DNA of 64,000 nt from Octopus sinensis (lineage: Eukaryota): NCBI RefSeq assembly GCF_006345805.1, contig NC_043005.1, forward strand, positions 72,478,001 to 72,542,000, read 5' to 3'. Shown in pieces: positions 39,085 to 52,793 of the stretch. Position numbers and translations under genes: made by a program. The first letter of the stretch is position 1; the number at the start of each line of letters is the position of its first letter. The notes beneath the pieces were generated by a model. It saw nothing but the letters and a program-made list of their open reading frames with translations, ran no database searches and was not told the origin of the DNA.

Positions 39085-39627
39085 CATTTCATCATCCTTG
39101 TGGCTATGGTGAAAGAATGTATCTGGTGGACGCGTCTGAAAGGATTGAAGACAAACACTTTCCTCTCCGGTCAATCTGTCATCAACTTCAAGTATCACTT
39201 GAATAGTAGAGAGGCAAGTTTTGTCTAGCGAATGTTTCAAAAACAGATGGGTGAATGTAGCAAGGATGGCACGTATGAATGACGAAGCCAACTTGAGCAT
39301 AATCCTATGAACCCGGAAAATTTTAAACAGAGGGTTACCTACTTGCAAACAAATGTGGTAACATGTAACATTATTGACCAAGGTTACCGTGGTCTTTTCC
39401 GTAGGCTTTTCTTTCCATGGATAAACCTTATCTGCTTCCTCCTTTACACTTTACATCATGACACTGTGATACATGATCCCTATTGATAGTATTTTTTTCT
39501 TCTTTCCCTTTTACAATCCCTTTTGATCGAAAACCTACCCCTTTTTTTCCTCTCCCCAAAAAAGAAAAGCTCTACTTTGTAATCTGTCCCGTCTGTGTGC
39601 AGCCCTGTGTGGCTAATAAAGAAACAT
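39085..39627 (+). mobile_element. Tx1/L1-type LINE 3' end (ORF2 C-terminus plus 3' UTR)
   Basis: ILVAMVKECIWWTRLKGL...FKYHL then frameshift to VERQVLSSECFKNRWVNVARMARMNDEANLSIIL*, fitting the Tx1 C-terminal A..K..IW..R...ER......F...W pattern; UTR homologous to 52794-53166. Confidence 0.72.
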
Positions 39628-40254
39628 AATCTATATATCTATCTGCCTGTCTGTCTGTCTGTCTGTCTATCTATATCTATCTATCTCTATGTGTGTGTGT
39701 GCGTGTGTGTGTGTGTGTGCATGCATGTATTTACATACACAAACATATGACAGGCTTCTTTTGAAGTATAGATAATAATAAATATTAATCAAATACTGAA
39801 GTTCATATCACATTCCATTCATTCAGTCATTTGTTTGTTCATTCCTTAAATTCGAGGTCTAGCATCCATGTTAGAAATTAGTAATGAAATTAAAATTTAT
39901 CAGCTCCTTAAAACTGAAATACACAGTTTGACACTAATGAGAATTTTGAAATCAGAACATAGATATAACTAGAGCTCTGCCAGGAATTTTGCCTGGTAGA
40001 CATTTAAGTGGAGGTTTGAACACGTTTCCATATTTCTTTGATGGATAAACACAAAGAATAGATAAAATTAGTGAATAGCATTGCATGCTAGTCGTTGGTG
40101 AAAATAGCTGGACACAATGACATTCCTTGGGTATTCTAAAGGTTAAAATAGCTAAATCAATTCTAAAGACAACTTTCTGCCTCTCATGATTTGCTAAACC
40201 TAACACTTCCTTCTGTTTGTTTAGGTATGATTAATGTTATTCAAATTCATTTAT

Positions 40255-40319
40255 ATACATACATAAATACATATACACATACATACATATATATATATGT
40301 GTCTATGTATGTGTCTATG

Positions 40320-40365
<46 letters not shown>

Positions 40366-40517
40366 CATATATGTAGGTATGCATATATTTATTTATACAT
40401 ATATATATACACATATATATGTACATACATACATGTTTGTATGTATGCATATATTTATTTATACATATATATATACACATATATATGTACATACATACAT
40501 GTTTGTATGTATGCATA

Positions 40518-40562
<45 letters not shown>

Positions 40563-40630
40563 CATACATACATACATAAATATATGTATGTATATGTTCA
40601 TTTATGTATATATATATATATATGCATGCA
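40255..40630. repeat. TA-rich microsatellite field with a 66-bp unit repeated ~2.3 times
   Basis: gtatgcatatatttatttatacat...atacatgtttgtat at 40377 and 40443. Confidence 0.9.
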
Positions 40631-40949
40631 TACATACTCAGAGAGAAAGAGTGAAAGAGCTAATTTATCAAATTCATATTGAATGTCACACCGTAAGCTG
40701 CAGCCTATGAGTTAAATCAGATTTTGTGATGTAATCAACCCTTATTTGGATATATGTGCATTAATATTTCATATTCTCTCATGTATTTACACTAGGCTTA
40801 TATTTTGTATATAGTATGTAAGAATATACTTTCTCCAGCTTTTAAACTTTCTTCTCACATATGATTTCTTATGTATGGTAGCATTTCACAATGATAACAT
40901 ATAGGGAGCTGAAATATTTCATCCACCTATTATCCATAGAATTTATAGG

Positions 40950-41171
40950 CACAGGAGTGGCTGTGTGGTAAGAAGCTTGCTTCCCAACCACATGTTTCCA
41001 GGTTCAGTCCCACTGCATGGCATCTTGGATAAGTGTCTTCAACTATAGCTTCTGGCTGACCAAAGCCTTGTGAGTGGATTTGGTAGACATATTGTTGTAT
41101 ATATATACTGTTGTATATAAATATACATTCATATATGTATATATACTAGGATAATTCATTCATCTACTTAA

Positions 41172-41244
<73 letters not shown>

Positions 41245-41509
41245 TATATATATATTTATATTTAAGTAGATGAATGAATTATCCTAGTATGGATAATTTG
41301 GTTAATCGATACCTGGGTAGCAAATTCACGTCAGTAAAACACGGTTGAAGTTACATGCCAAGGGCAGAACCCCGTGTTCGTGTGTGGAAATTTGTGTGTT
41401 TTTTTATATGAATAAATGAAGAGAATTAAGAGTATGCAGTCTTCGAAACATATGTCGAAAGTAAATGAATTTTGTTAAAATCTTCGTTCGACTCCATTCT
41501 TTTCATTTA

Positions 41510-41555
<46 letters not shown>

Positions 41556-41800
41556 TGAATGTATATTTCTTGTCTGTATAGATATATATATATAAATGTA
41601 TGTGTTTGTTTGTCCTCTCCCTACCATCGCTTTACAACTGATGTTGGTGTGTTTACGTTCCCGTCACTTAGCAGTTTGACAAAAAGCGACCAATAGAATA
41701 AGTACTAGGCTTACAAAGAATAAGTCCTGGGGTCGATTTATTCGACTACAGGTAGTGCTCCAGCATGACCACAGTCAAATTACTGAAACAAGTAAAAGTG
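40950..41800 (+). mobile_element. SINE family E copy split by a ~480-bp palindrome-rich insert
   Basis: Head 40950-41100 (ggagtggctgtgtggtaag...), tail 41600-41800 (...gaaacaagtaaaag). Confidence 0.82.
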
Positions 41801-41874
41801 TGTGTCCCTGAAGCAGTATTCTGAATATAAATACAAGGGAGATAACTGAAATATAATCAACCATTCATTTGATA

Positions 41875-42100
41875 TATTTTATCTTTTACTTATTTCAGTC
41901 ATTAGATTGTGGCTATGCTGGGGCACTACCTTGAAGAATTTTAATCAAATGAATCGACCCCAGTACTTTTATGAAGCCTGGTGCTTATTCAATCAGCCTC
42001 GTTTGCTGAATTGCTATGTTACGAGATGTAAACACACTAAAACCAGTTGTCAAGCAGTGGTGTGATACAAATGCAGACACAAAGATATATATATTTGTGT
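41875..42100 (-). mobile_element. SINE family E 3' half
   Basis: atcttttacttatttcagtcatt...gggcactacc...aagcctggt. Confidence 0.75.
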
Positions 42101-42120
42101 GTGTGTGTGTGTGTGTGTGT

Positions 42121-42262
42121 AACCCTACAATGTCATTCTAAAAATATAGAAAAACACCATTGAAATTTTGAAGCAACAAGATCATGCATAATTAATTGGA
42201 AACAATGTGAATTACAATAAGCAATGCATTTGATAAAGAAATCCAAATGCTGAAAGGTTAAA
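42121..42262. mobile_element. piggyBac-like MITE right end
   Basis: Ends ...gctgaaaggttaa (AGG(G)-TTAA-type terminus). Confidence 0.45.
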
Positions 42263-42978
42263 AGTTTCGTCTGTAAAGTGAAGTTAAATAACTTCAGTTA
42301 AGAACTGAAACTGATTCACAGATAGGTCAGCAAGAAGATTGCTTTTTACTTTAGATACATCTTCACAAATGTAATTAGAACAGTCTGCAGTCAAAAAGGA
42401 TGTATAATTATTTTAGCTGTGTTGAAGCCAACAAGCTTGGTTGATGGTGTCTTAAATTATAGATATTTATTAAAGTTAAGACTAATATATCCGAATGGAC
42501 CTAATGACAGCTCTCAATGATAATATACAATATAAAGTAATTCAATTGTACTCAAAAGTAGCATCTCTTACTTCCTTAAAATCTATCCTAGAATAGCATA
42601 TGGCAAATTACAGAAAAATCAAACAAATGAGTAAAACTAACGAAATTAATTATTTGTAGTTTTTATTGAAACAGTATTCAATAGTAATGTAAAAAATCAA
42701 AATGCATAATGTTAGATTAGGAAAAAAACTTCTTGCAGGATATAAATAATGTCAATTATTTTAAATATGGAAATTCTAATTAACCAAAATGGTTAAGCAA
42801 GGTGCCAAAGTTGAATCACTTCAGAAACTAAGACTGTATTAGAAATATATAAATAGCTTTGTTAACGAAGATTATGTAGATTAGAATCTTCACTACAGTA
42901 ATAGTATTGATAATGACAAGGAGACTAAGAATAACCGTAACAAGAATATTGCTACCACTATTGCTACTGCCACTGTAG

Positions 42979-43031
<53 letters not shown>

Positions 43032-43129
43032 GATAGTAATAATAAGAGGAAAATGGAGGTGCACCAGGTGGTGCAGCAGAAGCTTGCTCAAAAATTATCA
43101 AAGAAAAACTTATAATAATAATAATGATG

Positions 43130-43165
<36 letters not shown>

Positions 43166-43188
43166 TTATAATAACAATGATAATAAAT

Positions 43189-43450
43189 GGTTCATTCAAC
43201 ATCCTTAAACAATCCTTATTCAGGGACCTTTTGAGCGGGATGGGTTACTTGACCAGAAGAAAATTCTAACTGGGCTCCACATGCAAGGTCATACACTGTT
43301 TATCATGATATGAGATCACCATCACGCACATATGGTTGTGATGCATGTGCCTAGTGTACCCGTATCAGACGGGTAGTCATGATTAGTATACTGGGCTTTG
43401 TTATATTTTACCCCAGTGTCACTTTGATAGTATACACTGCTCTCTAACTC
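43189..43450 (+). mobile_element. Family D copy, 5'-truncated, (AAT)n on both sides
   Basis: Reverse complement of ~5470-5730. Confidence 0.85.
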
Positions 43451-43529
43451 AATAATAATAATAATAATAATGATAATGATGATAATAAATGATGATGATG
43501 ATGATAGTGATAACTGTTTCAAATTTTGG

Positions 43530-43715
43530 CACAAAGCCAACAATTTTGAAGAGATGGTTAAGTCTATTACAGAGTTCAACTAGTGCTGACTTTATAGGCT
43601 CTGAAAGGATGAAAGGCAAAGACAACCTTAGTGGAGATTAGACTCAGAATATGATTAAGAAGAAATATCACCATACAATTTTCCAACACTTAAACAATTC
43701 TACCAGCTCACTGCC
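43530..43715 (-). mobile_element. SINE family A copy
   Basis: tttcaaattttggcacaaag...ggatgaaaggcaaagac...gactcagaa. Confidence 0.7.
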
Positions 43716-43721
43716 CTAATG

Positions 43722-43755
<34 letters not shown>

Positions 43756-43756
<1 letters not shown>

Positions 43757-44245
43757 CTGATGCAGTACTAGGCAATGGCTCTCATGGCTTTTGATCTCAA
43801 ATGATTGGAAGTGTTATGATATACATTGTTTTGTCTTGGTATAAAAGATGGGCTACAGCAAATATTTTGCTCAGTACCATAGATTTGTTCATCAGTTGTT
43901 TGACCTTAACCAGTTGAGCATGTCCCTTAGTGACTGACAAAATGTGTATCTCTGATCATGAGCAGAAGAAGTTGGGGAGCATCATAGCCATGTGTTGAAA
44001 AGAATTCTTTGGGGTTTGGATAATTCACCTTTGGAAACATAGGTGTTATATTCAACATCTTTAAACAACCCTTATTCAGGGACCTTTTGAGCAGGATGGG
44101 CTACTCGACCTGACGAAAATTCTAACCAGGCCCCCACTTGCAAGGCCATGCACTGTTTATCTTGGTATGAGATAACTGTGTCGCACACACATGGTTGTGA
44201 TGCATGTGCTTGGTGTACCCTTATTAGAGAGGTAGTCATGATGAG
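43756..44245 (+). mobile_element. Family D copy, 3' end cut by a family A SINE (44260-44430)
   Basis: Starts after (AAT)n with ctgatgcagtactaggca. Confidence 0.85.
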
Positions 44246-44444
44246 TATTTTGTTGGGCAGGGGGTAGTCGATCACATCGACCCCAGTACTCAACTGGTAC
44301 TAGATTTATCGACCCTGAAAGGATGAAAGGTAAATTAGACCTTGTCAGAATTTGATCTTAGAGTATTGTGGCAGACGAAATACTGCATGGCATTTTGTCC
44401 AGCATGCTAATGATTCTACCAACTCACCACCTTTTTTAATAATA

Positions 44445-44807
44445 ATAGTTGTCATAGGTGCCCTGGTAATGATAGCAAAAGGGGCTGATTGCTACCTAGC
44501 TCAGATACCAGGAAACCCCAAAATGGAAAAAATTCAAAAGATAGTGGTCATGGGAACTGCCCATGTCCTACATAAAGTGCCTTCTATGTAATCTCAAATT
44601 TTAAAACAAACACATAATATTCTTATGGTTTCTTATACATTCTCTAGAACAACACTATGTACAGAACCAAATATATGGCACCCCAGGCATAACACCAACA
44701 TGAACTTCTAACTTGTCTCTTGAGGTCTCTGGGTGAGACTTGGAGCCAAGTTGTACAAGTGTAAAGCAAAAGTCAAACATAAAATAATAATAACAATAAT
44801 AATAATG

Positions 44808-44862
<55 letters not shown>

Positions 44863-44893
44863 TAATTATAATAATAATGATAATAATAATAAT
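44445..44893 (+). mobile_element. 5'-truncated R4/Dong-type (RLE) LINE 3' end with (TAA)n tail
   Basis: IVVIGALVMIAKG...YLAQIPGNPKMEKIQKIVVMGTAHVLHKV matches the RLE C-terminal PIVIGALG...IQK...LGT..IL motif. Confidence 0.75.
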
Positions 44894-47214
44894 GGTCTGT
44901 ACTTTAAGTATGAGGCTACAACTTCAATGAAATTGATCACATATGTATTTGGTACTTCCTTTTTATGACTTAGCTGGAGGTGAAAGGGCAACACCCATGG
45001 CCTTAGATTCTCTGAGACTGACAGTGGAAGAGGAAGAAAGGAAGAATCAACAACTGATAAGTTTATTTTAATGCCTTAGGAAAGGAATCAATAGTTTGGA
45101 TAATGCGATTTTAGATATATTTCTAAAATGGTAGAAAAGTCATGGATGGAATGTACTTGATCAACAACTGCAATAACAGCTTACTTCCAGTTATTTTGTG
45201 AAGTGGTGGAGGAGCCACTGTGTTGTTGCTAAGCAACCACTTTACCTCAAGCCACATCTTACTTTCATGATGCACAAAGACAAGTTGAACAATGTAGTCT
45301 TAAATGTATATAGAGAAAGACTGGAGGGCCACAGGTGGAATGCCTTTTGTCATAGGTCTGCTGAATCAGGAATAACTTGGAACAAAACAATATATTAATA
45401 CAAAAAAAAAATGTCTTACAAAGATATATTCTCTGGAGGAAAAAATATGTAGAAAGAATCTTGTATCTAAATGCTTGTGAAAATTCTGGAACAATTGTGA
45501 AGAAATATATATTTTATCTAATTGAATGTGCTAAACTACATCCTAAATTTAGAGTTCTGGGAATTGTCAAACCAACAGCAATAAAAAAAGTTTCTTTTTT
45601 TTCATTTGATAGTTTTGATGTCTAGAAGTGACTTCTGTAAGCTTTTCCAATTAATCATGCTAGAATGTAAAAATAAGCTATTCAAAATTGTTAGATGTAC
45701 TGGCCACTACATAAAATGAAGAATTAACTAGTACGTGCCCCTTCCCATTATGTAAATCCTAAGATTAACTTGTGATTTCTTTTTTCTTTTTTTTTGGCTT
45801 ATGTTCTAGTTTTAGTTTATTCAAATGTTCCTAGAGCAGATGCCAAAAAAAAAAAAAAATAATAACAAATGGTATTTTTCTTTTATTATGAAGCCATGTG
45901 ATGTTACAACTGAACATTTCAATTATTGATGATGTCATATAACAGACATCACAACTCAATACTCCAAGCTGCTCATGACATATAATATCAGTCACATCCA
46001 ACTTTCAATTGAAAATAAAAACCAAATATAAAAAAAAACACAAAATAAAAACAAAGTAAAATGGAAAAACTCAACTGAGATTCAAAATTGGGTTGTAAAT
46101 TTGTTGTGCCACAAGAATAATTATATTCCCCAGCAGTGCTTGCAGCGACAGACAGACAAGAAAGTATGAAACTTTAACAGATGGCAAAGTATAAATGGCT
46201 ATTTTCAGAAATTTAAAAGAAATACTTTGAAATAAATCTATTATCAATAGCAAAGCTAGCCAAGTTTAGCGCTCATCTTTAGCAGAGATATGGCATCGAT
46301 CATGATCATGAAATCAAGAATTGATTATTTAATTTGTATTGATTTTTCACATTGATGCAAGGTCACATATTCGTAAAGACAGAAGGCAGAATATAGTTTA
46401 TTAAAGAAACCCTATAACATACAAGGTACTAGTTTATAAAATAAAGAATGAACAAAATATGTGGCTTTTCCATAGTTTGAAACCTTCAAACTGAGTATCA
46501 GTCATACAGTGATCACAATTCAATAAACATACCCCTCAATTCCAGCAGAGAATATATTGACCAATATATCTTTCTTTACATGATACCATAGAGTAGAGAG
46601 GAAAATCTAGTCTTCTGGAGAAAATCTGGATATTACAGAGAAAAAGAGAAAGGTAGAGTGTTGGCTGTATAGTATTAAATTTGAATATTCTTAAATTTTT
46701 TTGAAATCATTAAAAGATCAATTTTCATTTTAATTTCTTACTTTTAATATTTATAATTACATTTTCAAAATAAATGTAATTAAATATTTAATCAAATTTT
46801 CTTTAATGTGGCTTTATTAAATTACACTTAGTTCAGATACATTTCAAGTATAAAACAAATTTCCTGACTGGGTGCAATATGAGGAAAATTTTGTTGCTAT
46901 TTCTAGCAGAATTTTTTCAGCTACATAGAGGCTGCCTCTCTTTGATAGCTCTCATATAATTTTATTTTCTAGTATTGTCAGACTTAACTAAAAACATAAT
47001 ATGAGTTAAGTTAAATATTAATTTATTACTGAAGTAAAATGAAGCGGCATACCTAGCTGGATTTGAACTTAAAACATTTAAGTACAGGACTAAATATTAT
47101 AAACATAAATTATTGCTACATCTAATTGTATCATTTAAGACATCTCAAACACCAAAAACAAATATCTTTTGATTTTAATTTCTTTGCATGGAAATGTGGT
47201 CATCATTTGGAATC

Positions 47215-47660
47215 AAGCTGACAGAATCATTAACATTCTAGGCAAAATGCTTGACAGCATTTTATCTGTCTTTACACTCTAAGTTCAAATTCCGCTAAGG
47301 TCAACTTCACCTTTCATCTTTCCAGGGGTCGATAAAATAAGTACAAGTTGAGCACTGGGGTTGATGTAATCAACTTGCCCCCAACTTCCAAATTGCTGGC
47401 CTCCAGCCAAAATTTGAAAGATGAAAGGCGAAGTTGACCTTAGCAGAATTAGAACTTAGAGTGTAAAGACAGATAAAATGCTGTCAAGCATTTTGCCTAG
47501 AATGTTAATGATTCTTATAAAATACTTATTTTATTGACCCCAAAAGGATGAAAGGTAAAGTCAACCTCGGTGGAATTTGAACTCAGAATGTAAAGACAAA
47601 TGAACTGGTGCTAAGCATTTTGCCTGACATGTTAACAATTCTGCCAGCTCACTGCATTTG
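47215..47660. mobile_element. Cluster of three family A SINE segments (+, -, -), the first two forming a 99-bp-arm hairpin
   Basis: 47223-47321 vs 47417-47516 reverse-complementary with 3 mismatches. Confidence 0.9.
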
Positions 47661-47671
47661 TAGAAGTTTAA

Positions 47672-47880
47672 CCCTTTTGATACAAACCCAGCTGAAACTG
47701 CCTCTGGCTCTGTAGTACAAACATATTGTTTTCAAATGTTCTGAATTAAAACCTTCCACCAAATCTTAGTCACAATTTATTTTGCTAACACTGGCTTAAT
47801 GATAACTAAATTATTTTACTAGATTCTTTGTTATATTTAAAATAATTTGAAAGAAACACAGAACAACTCAAAGTAACTAC
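47672..47880. mobile_element. piggyBac-like MITE left end
   Basis: TTAA|CCCTTT start; truncated by a family A SINE at 47885-48025. Confidence 0.45.
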
Positions 47881-50111
47881 AGTAATGTCGACTTTATCTT
47901 TCATCCTTTCGGGGTCGATTAAATAAGTACCAGTTACACACTGGGGTCAATATAATCGACTTAATCCATTTGTCCTTGTTTTTCCCCTCTATGTTTAGCC
48001 CCTTATGGGTAGTAAAGAAATAAGAAACTGGAAGAAGCATGTTGCATATGTGTGTAACTGTCTTGTAGCCTTGGCATCCTATGGTAGTTGTAAATGAGTG
48101 TCACTTCCACCGTCATGCAAGCAATATCATTTGTCTTCAATGTTTGGCAATGGAAAACTATTACCTTTTTTGGAAACAGATGAGGGCTGGTTGACAGGAA
48201 ATGCCTCTGGCCATAAAGAATCCACCCTCACAAATTCCATCTGAATCATTTCAGCATGGGAAAGTGGATCTTAAGACAATGATGATGATGATTGCAATTT
48301 CCTAATTTATTTATCTGATTCAAAAAATATCTCAGAAAAGAATGTAAAAACTTGGAAAGTTACTGCTTGTTGTGCACTCCATGGAGGCTAACAAAAAGTT
48401 TTCAAAGAATTTTTTTTATATATATTATCATAAAGAACTTTTCCTTCATAGAATAGAAAATAAAAAACTAAGACTGGTGAAGTTCATATTGTATAACTTT
48501 TCCAAGTACGTTGTTTAGAGTATGTGTATAATTTATATGAAATATATAAAATTAAATATAAGTGCAGGTATGTTGTATAGTTGAGAAACTTGCTTTTATA
48601 ATTCTTGATATTTTAATTTTTATTGTTTCAATTTCTTATTTTTATTTTTCAGTATTTTTTATTTTAAATTTATTTTATTTAAAAAATTTTTTTTGATTTT
48701 TTAAATTTCTATCTGAACCATACTCAATCTACCCATATATCATTATTCCCCACCACCAAATCTCATAATTAGGTCTAATAAAGTTGTTCCCTTTACACTA
48801 TTTACTAAATGGTTCAATATCTTTGGGTAACACCAGTGGTGTTCTTGTCTGTAACAGCCTCACACAACAGCTGAGGAATGGTAACACAGGCATTCATTAC
48901 CAATGAAAGATTGGACTGAACCATATCCACTACTGTCAGGTAACTCTGAGTATTGGATGTGAGTGTTCCATGCTTGTATCTTATATCATCATCACCATCG
49001 TTATCATCACCATTATTTAACATTTGTTTCCATCCTTTATAAGCAGATTGCAACATCAAATCATCAGATATTGCATAACAAATATAAATAATCTATTATA
49101 AGTATTTAACAGTATTATGGTATAAACGACCATTAGTGTGTTAAAATGAGTCAAAGAATTTATTTAAAAACCAATGGAGTTCTAAATACTGGTTACACAT
49201 CATGTAGTATATTATTAGATATAATAAATGATAAATACTCTATAAGATGTATGACGTGTAAATATACATTTGTTTATGACTATATATGTGCATGCCTCCC
49301 TCTTTTTTTCTGCTGCATGCATGTGTGTGTGTATATATATATATATATATACACATGCATACATATGCATATATATATGTGTGTATATATTGATACACAC
49401 ACACACATATATATATATGTATGTATGTATACACATGCATACATAAAATTATTTGATTAGGTAAAAAACACCTGAAGGGTAGTGTTTATGTTGGTATATG
49501 TAAATTATTCGAACTGAATTCTTCCTCTGTCCCTTTTCTCATTCTTTCTCTATCCCTTTCTCCCTCTCTCCCACTCTCTTTCTCCTCTCTCTCTCTCTCT
49601 GTTTTTTCTCTTGTTAATTATATTGTTTATATTCACATACATAGATATATATATATATACATAAATACATGTACTCACACACGCATGCATAAACACACTC
49701 GTACATACTATTTTGCAGAGAGCTAGTTAATTACATTTAGTTGATGTATTTTCATGCACTATTAGAGTTTAGCAAGAAATTTTTCCAGCTTGCATTGCAC
49801 TGTTTTACAGAAAGTAATTATCTGCATTTTATATTTAAGATATATAAGTGAATTTAACCCTAATTAATTCCACACTTAGTTACATATAAATAGACACATG
49901 CATGTACACACATGTCAAGTGAAAATTTATGTTTTATTTGTCATTTGTTCATTTGTATATTTTTTTTTATATTTTATATCTAGAGGACATAGATTTGTGG
50001 CACCTGATAATTTTCCCAGAATTCTTTGCTTTCTGTCATTTTTCATTTCTTTTCAATGTATCTCTGATCTCTCTAGAGTTCTCTATGGCTGTGTGTGTAT
50101 GTATATATGTT

Positions 50112-50154
<43 letters not shown>

Positions 50155-50999
50155 GTGTGTGTGTGTATGCATATGTTTATGTGTGTGAATATATATTTAT
50201 ATATATGCATGTGTGAATATATATATAGATAGATAGATAGATATATAGATATATATACATATAGATATAGATGCATAAATATATATATAGATATATATGC
50301 ATAAATATATAATTGAACATATGCATATACGTTCATTAGATCACGAAAGGTGAATGTATATATGGATTTTAAAAAATGTATCTATATATTTGACATATGT
50401 CTATATATACATATGTACACACCAACATTCATAATTTCCATACACTCTCGTATATAATTACACCTAATATATATACATATTTTAGCAAGGGGTGTTATTA
50501 GATATATATTATATTTGCAAAATTTTTTAAAGAAAATCTGTTTTAGTTGCTGTTTTTCAGTAATATTTGAATACTTGTTATTGCATGCGTTATTATTGTT
50601 GTTTGTTGTTGTTTGTCAATTTTGAATTGTCAAAATATGGGTGTATAAATAATAACACTTATAATGCATGTTTGTTGAAAATTGTAAAGATGTGAGAGTT
50701 TGTGGGAAGGTGTATTTTAATGTATGAAAGATTATCAATGAATCTCTCTCTCTCTCCTCTCTTTCTACCCTCTCTTTCTTCCCTCTCTCTCTCCTTCCTC
50801 TCTCCCCCTCTCTCTCTTTCTCATGTCCCTAAACATGGATCAACTTATTCTTATACAAACATCAATGCTAATAAATGTCTAGAGCATATATATATACACA
50901 CATATATATATACATATATATATATATACATATAAATATATATATATAAATATATTTACACACACATATATACATATATATATAGAGAGAGATATATAC

Positions 51000-51243
51000 A
51001 TCATCATCATCATTGTTTAACGTCCGTTTTCCATGCTAGCATGGGTTGGACGGTTCAACTGGGGTCTGGGAAGCCAGAAGGCTGTGCCAGGTCCAGTCTG
51101 ATCTGGCAGTGCTTCTACAGCTGGATGCCCTTCCTAATACCAACCACTCCATGAGTGTAGTGGGTGCTTTTTACGTGCCACCTGCACAGGTGCCAAACGA
51201 GGCTGGCAAACGGCCACGTTTGGATGGTTCTCTTACGTGCCAT
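51000..51243 (-). mobile_element. Family B (RTE tail) copy
   Basis: Same as 6878-7128; two 61-bp units. Confidence 0.88.
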
Positions 51244-51323
<80 letters not shown>

Positions 51324-51408
51324 ATATATATATATATATGTGATATATGATATATGTATATGATACATGTATAAATCTATAAATTATATGTCTGATATAT
51401 ATTTATAT

Positions 51409-51439
<31 letters not shown>

Positions 51440-51805
51440 CATACATATATATATATACATATATATATACATATACATATAACATGCATACACATATATA
51501 ATGTATGATATATTATATGTTATATATATATACTGCTTGTATAAATACCATATATTAACAGTACCTGCGGAAATTCTATGGTTAGTTTCAATTGCAAGAT
51601 AAAATTGTATATTTTTCTGATGCATTTGATTATGGTGATGGTGTAAAACTCCACATAGGTAGTTTTGATGGTACAAACTCAAGAAACAACACCTCTGAAG
51701 GTTTTATAATTTTATGGTTTCGAATTTATGAGTTGTTAACTATTATTTTTATTTCACTTTATGTCAAGAAGTAAACTTTGATAACTATGGGCAAATTCAA
51801 AGACA

Positions 51806-52204
51806 TCTTTATATATAAAAGTCAAGTTGTGTGTCTGTCTCCTACGATTTAGATTCCTAACTACTCCCACATTTTGCGGTGCTGTTTAACCAAAACCGGG
51901 TATCTTATAGTCGTAATTCATATCGAGCCCTTCTGGGTATTAGCACATGCCTATGATGAGTCTATGATTTTTTTAGAAATTTACCATCAGTTTTTTCCAT
52001 TTTAATGCATTTTTTTCGCTATTATATAAGGGAAGTAACTCTCTAAAAATGTCTACGATGAGTCAACGATTTAAAAAAAAATTTACCATCATTTTTTTTC
52101 CATTTTTAATGCATTGTTTTCCTATATTTTGGCTATAACTCTCTAAAAATGCTTATATAGTTATTTCCCTTACAAACCCGAGCAACGCCGGGCGATACTG
52201 CTAG
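51806..52204 (+). mobile_element. Non-autonomous Helitron (second subfamily) with internal ~100-bp tandem duplication
   Basis: A|TCTTTATATATAAAA start; cccgagcaacgccgggcg hairpin plus CTAG|T end, nearly identical to 26066-26093. Confidence 0.82.
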
Positions 52205-52634
52205 TTATCTATAAATTTATTCTGCTACTGTACATTGGTGAAGTTTTGACAAGCGTTAATATCTTTATTTGAAAACACTATTAAAACACCTTTCCCTAAA
52301 CCTTCTCATTCTTGCTCTTGTTAGTTTATGCCAGCTATTATTGTCCCTATTTTCTAAACAAATACATTTGATTGCGCAGATGATAATCAATTGCCCTAAA
52401 GTGCATGTGTTAAGTGGTAGGTGACATACAAATAAAAGGGATTACTCTTGTCCCTGTGCAATCACAATTGCCACCTCCATTAACTATCATCCCAACTGAC
52501 ACCACCATCACTACCACTACTACTATATGCATAAAAATTCTTAGTTTAAGTTATTTGTCAATCAAGATTATTTCATTCCTTCTCATTTCATCTACCAGTC
52601 TGTCTATGTTTATCTGATTGTCTGTCTATGTTAG

Positions 52635-52793
<159 letters not shown>

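Noticed and set aside
45007-45060. Phase-2 candidate next CUB exon (R)FSETDSGRGRKEESTTD
   Set aside because: No polypyrimidine tract, weak donor (gtttat), and it lacks the GF...Y/F ending of a CUB domain
45170-45398. ~75-codon open frame in unique sequence
   Set aside because: No domain similarity or splice support; expected by chance
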